Of a stretch of DNA of 64,000 nucleotides, positions 1 through 8,230 are shown piece after piece. The DNA comes from a virus. The position numbers and the translations under genes were made by a program. The stretch spans positions 15,615 through 79,614 of IMG/VR virus record IMGVR_UViG_3300038560_000007; one strand, 5' to 3'. Positions within the stretch are counted from its first letter, which is position 1. Each line of letters begins with the position of its first letter. Under the pieces are notes generated by a model that saw only the letters and a program-made list of their open reading frames with translations, did no database searches and was not told where the DNA came from.

Positions 1-324
1 GTCCCTAGAGGGACAACGATCGATGCGATCGTCGCTAGGCCGACACTGTACTGCAAGTGCTCTTCAACCAAGAGGAAGCGGGGTCGGCAAAAGCCACTGG
101 ATGACTTCACACAAGTCAAGAAGTTCGGATGGTGGGTGCACGCGCTGTGCAATCGGCCTACGAAGTACGTAGTCGAGCACTGGCTCGAGAACCACATAGG
201 CGGATACAGAAACTTGCTATCCGACTTGAGGAAGCAGAGGGCAGGCACAGATGCAGATAAGGAGGACACAAATGAAGGACGCAGAGGTAGTTCCGCTGAA
301 GAAGAAGGTAAGCGAGTTCCCTGA
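1..324 (+). CDS. Hypothetical protein, probably 5'-truncated by the window edge
   Basis: Frame 1 is open from position 1 to TGA at 322-324, in line with the downstream + strand gene run. Confidence 0.4.
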   Translation, partial: VPRGTTIDAIVARPTLYCKCSSTKRKRGRQKPLDDFTQVKKFGWWVHALCNRPTKYVVEHWLENHIGGYRNLLSDLRKQRAGTDADKEDTNEGRRGSSAEEEGKRVP

Positions 325-448
325 GGACATGGACCCCGCTATTAAGCGGGCGATTCTGCACCAGCGTGAGCTCGCCGCCGAGATCGTTCGCGGCGTGGGG
401 CCTTTCCGACTCAAGACTAAGGCAAAGGCCAAAACGGAGGACAAATGA
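272..448 (+). CDS. Hypothetical protein
   Basis: GGAGG RBS before ATG 272; ATGA overlap with the next gene. Confidence 0.55.
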   Translation: MKDAEVVPLKKKVSEFPEDMDPAIKRAILHQRELAAEIVRGVGPFRLKTKAKAKTEDK

Positions 449-906
449 AGTGGCTAGACATTGTAGCCTGGATTGTGCTCGCTGTGGTCGGGGTCGTGAT
501 CCTCGGATGGATTCTAGGGCACATCCTAAGACGAGTGCACAGGAAGGTGCAGCGTCGAGAATACGAGAGCACTAGCGAGACCCAAACGCAGAGCAGGCAC
601 ATCATTGATGATGGCGTAGTCCGAGTTCTCCCCAAACCGACTGATGAGTGGACTGATGTCGGGCCCACCGAAGGCGGAGTCACACTCGGGTATGGCACCA
701 TCCGCGTAGGACTGGAAGGATGCGGCGGCGGCGGAGGCCAACTCCCTAGTCAGCCCTACCATATCACAGGCATACGCACCGAACGCGCTGAGCAGTCTGG
801 AGCTGGTGTTGACTGGCACCGCTACCACGGTGAGCCCTGCATCATCGGTGTCGACCCTGCGAACTGTCCCGGGTGTCATCCGGAGTGGAAGTATGACGAG
901 CTATGA
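445..906 (+). CDS. Membrane-anchored hypothetical protein
   Basis: N-terminal hydrophobic helix (IVAWIVLAVVGVVILGWILG) followed by basic residues; GGAGG RBS. Confidence 0.7.
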   Translation: MKWLDIVAWIVLAVVGVVILGWILGHILRRVHRKVQRREYESTSETQTQSRHIIDDGVVRVLPKPTDEWTDVGPTEGGVTLGYGTIRVGLEGCGGGGGQLPSQPYHITGIRTERAEQSGAGVDWHRYHGEPCIIGVDPANCPGCHPEWKYDEL

Positions 907-924
907 CCTACGTGAGGATCTGCA

Positions 925-1116
925 ATGGCAAAGGCAATCGACCAGCGTGCCGAGACGGAGTCGCGTCCAGCGATGGAGATCCATCTCGGTGAAGCATTCG
1001 GGCCTCTTGAAGAGCAGGCTGGCTGGCAGCTGAACACCGCCAGGCACTGCATCATCTGGATGAACGGTAAGCGGTGGGAAGGCACGCTGTTCGAGCACAC
1101 AGAGCGTGACCTATAA
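925..1116 (+). CDS. Hypothetical protein
   Basis: GAGG RBS; TAATG coupling to the next ORF. Confidence 0.55.
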   Translation: MAKAIDQRAETESRPAMEIHLGEAFGPLEEQAGWQLNTARHCIIWMNGKRWEGTLFEHTERDL

Positions 1117-1478
1117 TGGATCGAACGCTCTGGGATGAACTATACAAGGAAGCCGACGAACTTCTGAAGAACACAGCCATCGCCGAGGCTGCGGAGAGTC
1201 TTTCGACTGACCTAGTCTGGCAAAGCGAGTGCAGGACTCTAGCTAGGCAGTTCAGTCGAAAGGGGAGACGCCTCGCATCCAGGCTGGTCCCGTGCACGCA
1301 TTGTGGAGCCCTCCCGGTCGAGTACTGCCAGACCGAGACAGGCCTGGACCTCCGTTATGTACACGCCACGCGAGAAGCCAGGGCAGAACTCAAGGGTTTC
1401 CTACCGAAGATGTACGTTCACGTTCATGCCGAGAACAGGGAATACAAAGGAGCCGACGAGATCAATGGACAGTCTTGA
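1116..1478 (+). CDS. Zinc-finger-containing protein
   Basis: CTHC-x7-C ... VHATR motif typical of small actinophage Zn fingers. Confidence 0.6.
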   Translation: MDRTLWDELYKEADELLKNTAIAEAAESLSTDLVWQSECRTLARQFSRKGRRLASRLVPCTHCGALPVEYCQTETGLDLRYVHATREARAELKGFLPKMYVHVHAENREYKGADEINGQS

Positions 1479-1782
1479 GCCTCACGAGCTCGATGAAGCA
1501 GCCGAGGTCGCAAACGACACCGGGCACATGTCTGGGTGGGCAGCCCTCGCCCTTGAGTACTGCTCAAAGAACGGCTTTGAAGGGTTCAAGGCCTGGATGG
1601 AAGAGCCTCTAGGCGATGAGTCTCCGGAGCAGTATGCATACCGGATGGAGATCGCCGGGGGAATATACCGAGAGGGCCTAAGGGGCATCGCGATTCAATA
1701 TGCAAACCAGTCCCTCGCCATGCAGGTAACGCACCGCGAGCTACACGACCAGGCCAACAACATACGAAGGAGAATGTCGTGA
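1465..1782 (+). CDS. Hypothetical protein
   Basis: AGGAG upstream of ATG 1465; tiles between neighbours. Confidence 0.55.
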   Translation: MDSLEPHELDEAAEVANDTGHMSGWAALALEYCSKNGFEGFKAWMEEPLGDESPEQYAYRMEIAGGIYREGLRGIAIQYANQSLAMQVTHRELHDQANNIRRRMS

Positions 1783-1859
1783 CCGAAACGAGACAAGCGC
1801 CAGACTCACGCTACAGACCTGGAGATAATGAAGTACGCAGTTAGACATTGGAGTGAACT

Positions 1860-2243
1860 ATGACTCTCTACGCAGGTGGCCTGCGTAAGGACGAAGCTGG
1901 TCGAATAGTGTCGAACGTTCGCCAGCACGGCCAGAACATCGACGAGGTCGTCATCTGCCAGTCTCACACGATCTGGGACGTCCTGAACTTCCTGGGTAGT
2001 GAATACACAGACGTGATGCAGAAGTGGATTGCGGCTCACGCTCCGGAGAACAAAGTCATCCACGTCAAGTGGGCTGACGTTATCTTTGACGTCCCCTCTA
2101 GGACTAGAGGGGACAGGATGCATATCGTCACCAAGCAGGGTGACCGATGGTCCTGTACATGCGAAGGCTATGGCTACCGAGGAACCTGCTGGGCTATAGC
2201 TGCCTGTATGGAGGGCGTATACGAACCGAGGAAACCACTATGA
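1860..2243 (+). CDS. SWIM zinc-finger-like protein
   Basis: WSCTCEGYGYRGTCW resembles SWIM CxCx(n)CxH, with the His not conserved. Confidence 0.6.
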   Translation: MTLYAGGLRKDEAGRIVSNVRQHGQNIDEVVICQSHTIWDVLNFLGSEYTDVMQKWIAAHAPENKVIHVKWADVIFDVPSRTRGDRMHIVTKQGDRWSCTCEGYGYRGTCWAIAACMEGVYEPRKPL

Positions 2244-2692
2244 GGTCAGAATCCTTCCCCTGCATCATCTGCGGAGTGACACTACATCGCGCCTGGGATG
2301 AAGGTCTCGAGCAGCAGCCCGAAGATGGGATCATGTGTGAGACCGCAGGCAACTACGGCTCAACGGTATGGGACAGGACAAACGGAGAGCGTCTCGCTTT
2401 CAACATCTGTGACCCTTGTATGGTTAACGCCGGCATTCAGGGTCGCGTCATGACCTATCGTAAGTTCCGCGTGCTACTTATTGACAACGGTGGTCCCGCC
2501 CCCATCGTGATCGGTAGGGAATGGCTACGGGACAGGCCTTACGTTCCGTGGCATAACGGCCTGGAGAGCGATGACGAGAACGTCGTTCTTTCCCTAGATG
2601 AGGTGGAGCACCTGCCAGATCACTGTGAGCTACAGCATGACCTTACGGTCGAAGACATACGAATGATGATTCGAGGTGAAACCGATGAGTAG
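2240..2692 (+). CDS. Hypothetical Cys-containing protein
   Basis: ATGA overlap; CIIC ... GNYGS ... ICDPC motifs. Confidence 0.65.
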   Translation: MRSESFPCIICGVTLHRAWDEGLEQQPEDGIMCETAGNYGSTVWDRTNGERLAFNICDPCMVNAGIQGRVMTYRKFRVLLIDNGGPAPIVIGREWLRDRPYVPWHNGLESDDENVVLSLDEVEHLPDHCELQHDLTVEDIRMMIRGETDE

Positions 2693-3242
2693 AATGACTG
2701 AACTCACAGCTAGGATGCCCTGGGTAGAGCGACTCCAGCTACCAGTCGACTGCCAAGGGTTCATGTCCCATACGCCCTTGAAGGCCATCTATCGGATGGC
2801 CAACAACCCACCAGTCGGCCTAGATGCCTATCGGTGTAAGAAGCACGCGTACTGGAAGTTCACCTCAGTCTCGAACCGGCGAGGCCCTCGTATCCTATGC
2901 TGGGCCCACCTCTGGAGCGAGATGCGAGGCACCATAGAGGACTGGACCCGCCTCAAGAAGTGGATGCGAGCACATCGAGACCCAGTCGCCTCGATCGATA
3001 TGACAGCCTTTAACCGTGAACAGGCTGACATCGAGATCTGCATTCTCGCCTATGGCACCGTCAAAGGCTCCCGGGAGTTCTACATGCCTCGAGGTGAGAT
3101 GGCTACGGACGCCTTTGACCGGGAGCTAGACGAGGCCTGGAATAGACTGACCCCTAATCAGCAGGCTGCAATCCTCGATGGAAGGTTCAGCATGAAGGTC
3201 GGGACCTGGACCGACGCTATGACGGGGAAGGTTCTACCATAA
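2685..3242 (+). CDS. Hypothetical protein
   Basis: GAGG RBS; translationally coupled on both sides. Confidence 0.6.
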   Translation: MSRMTELTARMPWVERLQLPVDCQGFMSHTPLKAIYRMANNPPVGLDAYRCKKHAYWKFTSVSNRRGPRILCWAHLWSEMRGTIEDWTRLKKWMRAHRDPVASIDMTAFNREQADIEICILAYGTVKGSREFYMPRGEMATDAFDRELDEAWNRLTPNQQAAILDGRFSMKVGTWTDAMTGKVLP

Positions 3243-3493
3243 TGGAGGGGACTTTGCAACACAGTGCGAAGAGAGGTCGGCCAGCCCTGTATGACTGGGA
3301 CTACCTGATCGAGAGGTCCCTGAAGCACACGGAGGAGCATGACTTCGTTCAAGGCGAAAACTTCCTATGCACGCCAGACTCTTTCGCTTCCCTTGTCCGA
3401 AGGACCGCACGCGTTCGTCACCTAGACGCTGGCGTGAGCATCGATGGAGATCATGTATACTTCATCTTCCTCCCGGAAAGAAAAAGATCCTAG
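3242..3493 (+). CDS. Small putative DNA-binding protein (RGRP-x-Y-x-WD family, paralog of 55378 and 55613)
   Basis: RGRPALYDWD ... QGENF ... SF ... VYFIF aligns by eye with the two genes at 55.4-55.9 kb. Confidence 0.6.
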   Translation: MEGTLQHSAKRGRPALYDWDYLIERSLKHTEEHDFVQGENFLCTPDSFASLVRRTARVRHLDAGVSIDGDHVYFIFLPERKRS

Positions 3494-3501
3494 CGTAGGG
3501 G

Positions 3502-3535
3502 CCTAGCTTTCCACATGAGTCTCGCTATATAATAG
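3502..3535 (+). promoter_or_regulatory. Class I phage promoter (CCTWG-N19-TATATAATAG)
   Basis: CCTAG-19 nt-TATATAATAG; identical spacing at 5 intergenic sites. Confidence 0.85.
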
Positions 3536-3560
3536 ACTTATAATTGAATTTGATAAAGCT

Positions 3561-4082
3561 CCTGGCTCGGACGTTGGGCGTATGCCTGGCCCCCCGTAGG
3601 CATGCGTTTGTTCTGCGAGGGCGTTCGAGCCAGGTTAAGCAGGGTGGTGGGGAGTAGTGACCCCCGAGACGCCTTACACTGAGACGTCGAAGTTGCATGG
3701 GAGCGGGTTTGATGACCTCGCCATGAGAGCCACCCGTCGACGGGCTCCTGGGCTGAAAGCCCGTGACGTTGGAGAAGGCGACACGGTCAAGTACGACAGG
3801 AGCCCACCAAAGTGAGTGCCTGCGATCCTCGGCGTTCGGGAACGAGCATCCGGATGGGTGGAGGTAAGGGCAGGGCGGTGGGCCGCCAGAGAAACCGCCC
3901 TGGAGGGTTCGAGTGAGGATGATCCTCGCCACCAGGCACTCACCCAAGCGCTCGACCTAGCAAGTCACGTACCCCATGCGTGCGCCGCGCCCCCCGATCG
4001 CGGCTGGCTGACCTAGGTCGAGTGAGGCCCTGGCCGGGAGATATGCGAGCTTCCCACGCTATGCTACCTCTCCTGACCAGGG
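3561..4082 (+). ncRNA. Large structured non-coding RNA or array of six multibranched RNA domains (family unassigned)
   Basis: Six consecutive closing helices (3561-3634, 3642-3735, 3742-3805, 3812-3943, 3949-4024, 4028-4082), each with internal hairpins and many G-U pairs; lies directly after a promoter; no convincing ORF. Confidence 0.8.
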
Positions 4083-4106
4083 TACCTATATCTAGAGAGG
4101 ACGGAA

Positions 4107-4238
4107 ATGAAGATCGGTTGTTGGCCAAGCGTGGCACTGGGAGCTCTTGGAGGGCTCACAGTTCTCATGGGACTCAAGGTCTGGAAGACGATAAGGAGGT
4201 CGAAGGATGCCGACCGTCTTGTGCGCGGAGTGCGGTAA
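4107..4238 (+). CDS. 43-aa single-TM peptide (not in the ORF track)
   Basis: GAGAGG RBS; MKIGCWPSVALGALGGLTVLMGLKVWKTIRRSKDADRLVRGVR. Confidence 0.55.
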   Translation: MKIGCWPSVALGALGGLTVLMGLKVWKTIRRSKDADRLVRGVR

Positions 4239-4977
4239 GGCTGCGCCGTGCCCCGATGGACACTACGCAGTCGTAGACATCGCCGGGACGCAGATCGACT
4301 GGATCAAGAAGCTTCCGGAGACATCGTGGATTCCTGCCCTGAACTTGCTCAACGAACTGATCGGCATTGAGGCTAGCTATACGAACACGAACGAGAACGA
4401 CGTTCAGTTCGGCTACAGACCCTACCCGCTAGGCACGTTCGGCAGCCTACTCATGACTGCTCGCGCGAACGTCCAACAGGGCAACTGGGCAAGGCCGCGC
4501 TTCCTCGAGGTCGGATGTGGCCCTGGTACCAAGCTCGTTCTGGCCAACAAGGTCTTCGGCCTCGAAGTCTCTGGCTTCGACGTTGACGCGCAATACATCA
4601 AGGACGCTGCGGATCTCCTAGTCAGCCAGACACTCATAGACTTCCAGGTCAGGGTCGACGACGCAGAGGACTTCGACGACTATGGTCTGTTCGACATCGT
4701 CTTCCTGAATCGTCCACTGCGTGACTACGACCGCCAGCTCCAGCTGGAACAGCACGTCATGAGTCGAATGGGGAACGGGGCAGTCCTGATCCTCGCCAAC
4801 TCGCTGACGCACCCTCCATACTGGAAGTGCCTACAGCAAGCAGTCGCTTGCTCTGTCTACCAGAAGACCTGTCGCTGTTACGAAGCCGAGAGCTATCTGA
4901 CCTTTCCTGGAGACCAGGCTAACCTAGTGTCATGCAAGCTCTGTGGCCGAGTACTCTGGGCTACAGGACCCAGCTAG
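4207..4977 (+). CDS. Class I SAM-dependent methyltransferase with terminal Cys motifs
   Basis: Motif I FLEVGCGPG, GFDVD, DDAE, FDIVFLNRP; CxxC-type motifs at both ends; GGAGG RBS. Confidence 0.85.
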   Translation: MPTVLCAECGKAAPCPDGHYAVVDIAGTQIDWIKKLPETSWIPALNLLNELIGIEASYTNTNENDVQFGYRPYPLGTFGSLLMTARANVQQGNWARPRFLEVGCGPGTKLVLANKVFGLEVSGFDVDAQYIKDAADLLVSQTLIDFQVRVDDAEDFDDYGLFDIVFLNRPLRDYDRQLQLEQHVMSRMGNGAVLILANSLTHPPYWKCLQQAVACSVYQKTCRCYEAESYLTFPGDQANLVSCKLCGRVLWATGPS

Positions 4978-5002
4978 GTCTTGAAAAAATCCTCATTGGG
5001 GG

Positions 5003-5036
5003 CCTTGATTTTTGCTTGAAGCCCCCTATATAATAG
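5003..5036 (+). promoter_or_regulatory. Class I phage promoter
   Basis: CCTTG-N19-TATATAATAG (reads as TTGATT-N18-TATAAT). Confidence 0.85.
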
Positions 5037-5075
5037 TAGTAGAGGCAAACAATCCAGAGAGGGGCGACGTCTACA

Positions 5076-5561
5076 ATGGCGGGCGTTAAGGAAGCAGAGA
5101 AGAAGGTCGAAGAGAAGGCTGAAAAGGCCACCAAGCACAAGGTGCCCGAAGGTCACATCACTCCGGTCGAGGCTACTCATCGACTCAAGAAGGAGACCAA
5201 CCCGAAGACCGGGAAGCCCTACGCCGAGGACAAGCTGACCAGCCAGCAGGTCTACACACTACTCCGCACGTCGGAGAGCAACGGCATGCCGGTGAAGCAC
5301 TTCACCCCAGACGGCAAGTCTCACAAGACTCGTCAGGTCGATGGCGAGGGCAACCTCATCTCGCGTCCCGGATTCAACTGGGACGAGCTCGCTGCGTGGT
5401 GGGCCGATCGTCCGGCGCGTGGATCCAAGAAGGCCAAGGACGAGGAGAAGAGCGGCGGCGAGGCCTCTGACGAGGCGGACGGCGACGACTCCGAGGACGA
5501 GATCGACGAGGACGAGCTCGAGGACGACGGCGAAGAGGGCTCGCTCATCGAGGCCGAGTAG
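5076..5561 (+). CDS. Hypothetical protein with a basic body and a highly acidic C-terminal tail (possible DNA-binding protein)
   Basis: First gene after a promoter; K-rich N-terminus and D/E-rich tail. Confidence 0.75.
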   Translation: MAGVKEAEKKVEEKAEKATKHKVPEGHITPVEATHRLKKETNPKTGKPYAEDKLTSQQVYTLLRTSESNGMPVKHFTPDGKSHKTRQVDGEGNLISRPGFNWDELAAWWADRPARGSKKAKDEEKSGGEASDEADGDDSEDEIDEDELEDDGEEGSLIEAE

Positions 5562-5571
5562 TTCTCTGAAC

Positions 5572-5678
5572 GCCTGGCTCGGGCGACGTTACGAAGGACG
5601 AGAGCGGCATCCTAGGATACTGCCGGCTATGATAGAACCTCGTACCGATGTGTGGTCAGTGGAGGCTCCGAGCCAGGT
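5572..5678 (+). ncRNA. Structured RNA element sharing its closing helix with domain A of the 3.56 kb array
   Basis: GCCTGGCTCGGG/TCCGAGCCAGGT stem enclosing ACGAG/CTCGT and CGGCA/TGCCG helices; intergenic. Confidence 0.6.
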
Positions 5679-5712
5679 TTTGAGGGAATTACCGGAAAGG
5701 AGGTGAATTAGG

Positions 5713-6081
5713 ATGGTACCAAAGATCTACGAGCAGGCCTGCGTCACCTATGCCGCAATGCTTGAAAGGTCTGAGCCTGCGAAGGAGCCTGGAAGCCCTC
5801 CCGTGTACAGAGGGTACATTACGTACCTGGTTGAGGAGCTCGGCTTCGGCATCTCACACTACACTGTCATCATGCGTCGGCTTGTGGCAATGGGTTGTAT
5901 CAACCAGCTAGTAGCGGGCGGACGCGCTGTGCCCAGCGAGTGGGAGATGCTACACGAACCAACTCCGGCACTGTTCGCAGCGAACAGTGGCAGGAAGCAC
6001 AGCCGAATCGACGACCTGGAGAAGAGAGTCGCTCAGCTCGAGGAAGAGATGGAACGAGACCCGGAGGAGCAGGCTTCCTAG
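5713..6081 (+). CDS. Winged-helix-like DNA-binding protein with a C-terminal coiled coil
   Basis: AGGAGG RBS; LVEELGFGISHYTVIMRRLVAMGCI-wing pattern; IDDLEKRVAQLE. Confidence 0.65.
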   Translation: MVPKIYEQACVTYAAMLERSEPAKEPGSPPVYRGYITYLVEELGFGISHYTVIMRRLVAMGCINQLVAGGRAVPSEWEMLHEPTPALFAANSGRKHSRIDDLEKRVAQLEEEMERDPEEQAS

Positions 6082-6368
6082 TGGCTAGAACAAACGAAGA
6101 GTTGAAGGCATACGTCGGCTTCATGCTGGAATGCCCTCGCGAAGATGTCCTAGGCTTTGCTCTCGTTGTCGTCAAGACAGATAGTAACGTCGCTATCCTG
6201 TCTAATGGCAACAAATACCAAGTTTCAGACCTGTTGGAGAGTGCAAGAGATACCATCTTTAACATAACGGAGGAGGAATACCTCAGTGGCAAGCAAGGAC
6301 CAGAAGGGCCAGAATCCTTTCAATCCGAACTGGAACAGCACGTTCCTGAGACTCAACCAGAACTGTGA
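6081..6368 (+). CDS. Hypothetical protein
   Basis: GTG overlaps the previous TAG; GGAGG upstream. Confidence 0.55.
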   Translation: MARTNEELKAYVGFMLECPREDVLGFALVVVKTDSNVAILSNGNKYQVSDLLESARDTIFNITEEEYLSGKQGPEGPESFQSELEQHVPETQPEL

Positions 6369-6627
6369 GGACTGGAAGGTTCCGAGTGATCACCGAGGCG
6401 TAACCTTCGAGGAGTGGGTGGAAGGACTACCGCTTCAACTCAACCGCGAAGAGATTACGCTTGCTGAGTCAGCCTGGAGGGCTTCGATTACACATCACAC
6501 GGCAACGCTTCGTCGCATCGGCTGGATTGATCAGAAGGGTCGCGTCTGGCTAGAGGTTCCTTCCGCGAAGGACTTCGATGGCGGAAGCCTCACGCCTTTG
6601 CTAGTTGACGTTCGAGGCGATGACTAA
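6286..6627 (+). CDS. Hypothetical protein
   Basis: GGAGGAGG RBS before GTG; TAATG coupling. Confidence 0.55.
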   Translation: MASKDQKGQNPFNPNWNSTFLRLNQNCEDWKVPSDHRGVTFEEWVEGLPLQLNREEITLAESAWRASITHHTATLRRIGWIDQKGRVWLEVPSAKDFDGGSLTPLLVDVRGDD

Positions 6628-6833
6628 TGGCGAGACTACGGCTAGGCCGAAAGCTTAGCCAGACTGAAGGTTTGCAGACGCTTTATCTTCAGAATGGGGA
6701 AGAGCCTTCCGACGATGACCCTTGTGTAGGTGTAGTCATATCACCTGCTCTGGCAAGGTACATCGTGCGAGGGACCAATGATGATGGAGCGTTCCGGAGG
6801 CTGACAGAACTATGGAGGCTGACAGAACTATGA
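6627..6833 (+). CDS. Hypothetical protein
   Basis: Coupled to neighbours on both sides. Confidence 0.55.
   Translation: MARLRLGRKLSQTEGLQTLYLQNGEEPSDDDPCVGVVISPALARYIVRGTNDDGAFRRLTELWRLTEL
6796..6832 (+). repeat. Tandem 18-bp duplication of an RBS-plus-start unit
   Basis: GGAGGCTGACAGAACTAT x2 followed by G, creating ATGs at 6812 and 6830. Confidence 0.9.
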
Positions 6834-8230
6834 AGCCCTATCCGTTTCAGCAAGAGCTCATCGACTTTCTAGGCGACCCTGAGAAGAAGGGCCGTCTTAT
6901 CGGCGATGACATGGGCCTAGGTAAGACCCTCGAAGGCCTCGCCATCGACAAGAAGCTCCGTCAGCGCGTCAAGGGTCGCCGGAAGACTCTGATCATCGCA
7001 CCTCGACAAACACATGAGGAGCCGTGGGCTGAGACCATCCAGGAGTTCTTGGGTGCAAAGGCTTGCGTCATAGACCGAAAGAACCGAGCTCCGTTCCTCA
7101 GGGCGATTACGTCTAACGACGGTGAGTACGAGTACTTCGTTTGTCACTACGAAGCATTGCGTTTGATGCCACAGCTAAAGCAAGTCCCGTTGTTCCATCT
7201 GATCCTGGATGAGACTCACCGGATCAAGAACCGTAAGGCCCAAGTCACTCGCACTGTCAAGGGCTATAGCACGGTCTACAAGACTTCGATGTCAGGTACG
7301 CCTGCAGACGACAAGCCACAAGACCTCTGGTCGACGCTGAACTTCCTGTACCCGGGACGCTACCCTTCGTACAACCGATTCGTTCAAGAGTACTGCCTAA
7401 CCGAGCCACTCCAGATTCGGAGTCGCTTCGGAGGCATGATGACTGTGAACAAGGTTATCGGAGCGAACCCCAATACCGTGCCGAAGCTTCTGGAGGGCAT
7501 GAAGCCCTTCTACATGCGGAGGCTCAAGGAAGAAGTCCTCAGAGATCTCCCGGACAAGTATTATTCCCGGATCCTGGTCGATCTACCCTCGCCTCAGCGA
7601 AAGATCTACGACGATCTTCGCGAAGAGATGCTGGCCTGGATCGGAGAGCATGAGGACCAACCTCTTCAGGTCGCACTTGTCGTAACACAGCTCGTACGAC
7701 TCCAGCAGGCAGCTCTGGCTACACTAGAGTTCGACGAGAACGGTAAGGTTCGTCTGATCGAACCCTCAGCTAAGCTGGACTCTCTAGTCGAGGTTATACA
7801 GGACGAGAGTGTTCATCCCTTTGTCGTCTTCTCCCAGAGCAAGTCAATGATCAACCTAGCAGCCACTAGACTGGCTAAGGAAGGTCTACGCGTCGCTAAG
7901 TTCCATGGCGACGTGCGGGATGCTGATCGACTAGATGCCGTACGAGGCTTCAAGGCAGGTAAATACGACGTCTTCGCATCGACGATCGCTGCCGGCGGTG
8001 AAGGCATCGACCTGACTCGAGCCTGCACGGAGTTCTTCTTCGACCGTTCTTGGAGTCCATCCAAGAACAGGCAGGCGGAAGACCGCTGTCATCGAGTGAC
8101 ACAGAAGAATGCAGTTCAGGTTATCGATCTGGTCGCTAGAGACTCCGTCGACCAGCGCGTGCGTGAAACGAATATTCACAAGTGGACACAGCTCCGCACA
8201 ATTCTAGGAGACAGCAGACGTGGTAGATGA
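6830..8230 (+). CDS. SNF2-family (DEAD/DEAH-like) helicase
   Basis: GDDMGLGKT, LILDETHRIKN, SMSGTP, GGEGIDLT, QAEDRCHR motifs. Confidence 0.95.
   Translation: MKPYPFQQELIDFLGDPEKKGRLIGDDMGLGKTLEGLAIDKKLRQRVKGRRKTLIIAPRQTHEEPWAETIQEFLGAKACVIDRKNRAPFLRAITSNDGEYEYFVCHYEALRLMPQLKQVPLFHLILDETHRIKNRKAQVTRTVKGYSTVYKTSMSGTPADDKPQDLWSTLNFLYPGRYPSYNRFVQEYCLTEPLQIRSRFGGMMTVNKVIGANPNTVPKLLEGMKPFYMRRLKEEVLRDLPDKYYSRILVDLPSPQRKIYDDLREEMLAWIGEHEDQPLQVALVVTQLVRLQQAALATLEFDENGKVRLIEPSAKLDSLVEVIQDESVHPFVVFSQSKSMINLAATRLAKEGLRVAKFHGDVRDADRLDAVRGFKAGKYDVFASTIAAGGEGIDLTRACTEFFFDRSWSPSKNRQAEDRCHRVTQKNAVQVIDLVARDSVDQRVRETNIHKWTQLRTILGDSRRGR

Noticed and set aside
2091-2114. Perfect 11-bp inverted repeat inside the SWIM gene
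   Set aside because: A single occurrence inside a CDS with no U-tract; function cannot be supported
3742-3946. Array domains C and D as real tRNAs or Y RNAs
   Set aside because: They end in (A)CCA but lack canonical D, anticodon and T arm geometry, and no Ro60 gene is visible
3525-4276. ORFs overlapping the structured region (3525-3947 -, 3674-3943 -, 3816-4016 +, 3980-4276 +)
   Set aside because: They lack an RBS and have R/P/A-rich shadow composition; the region is better explained by RNA pairing
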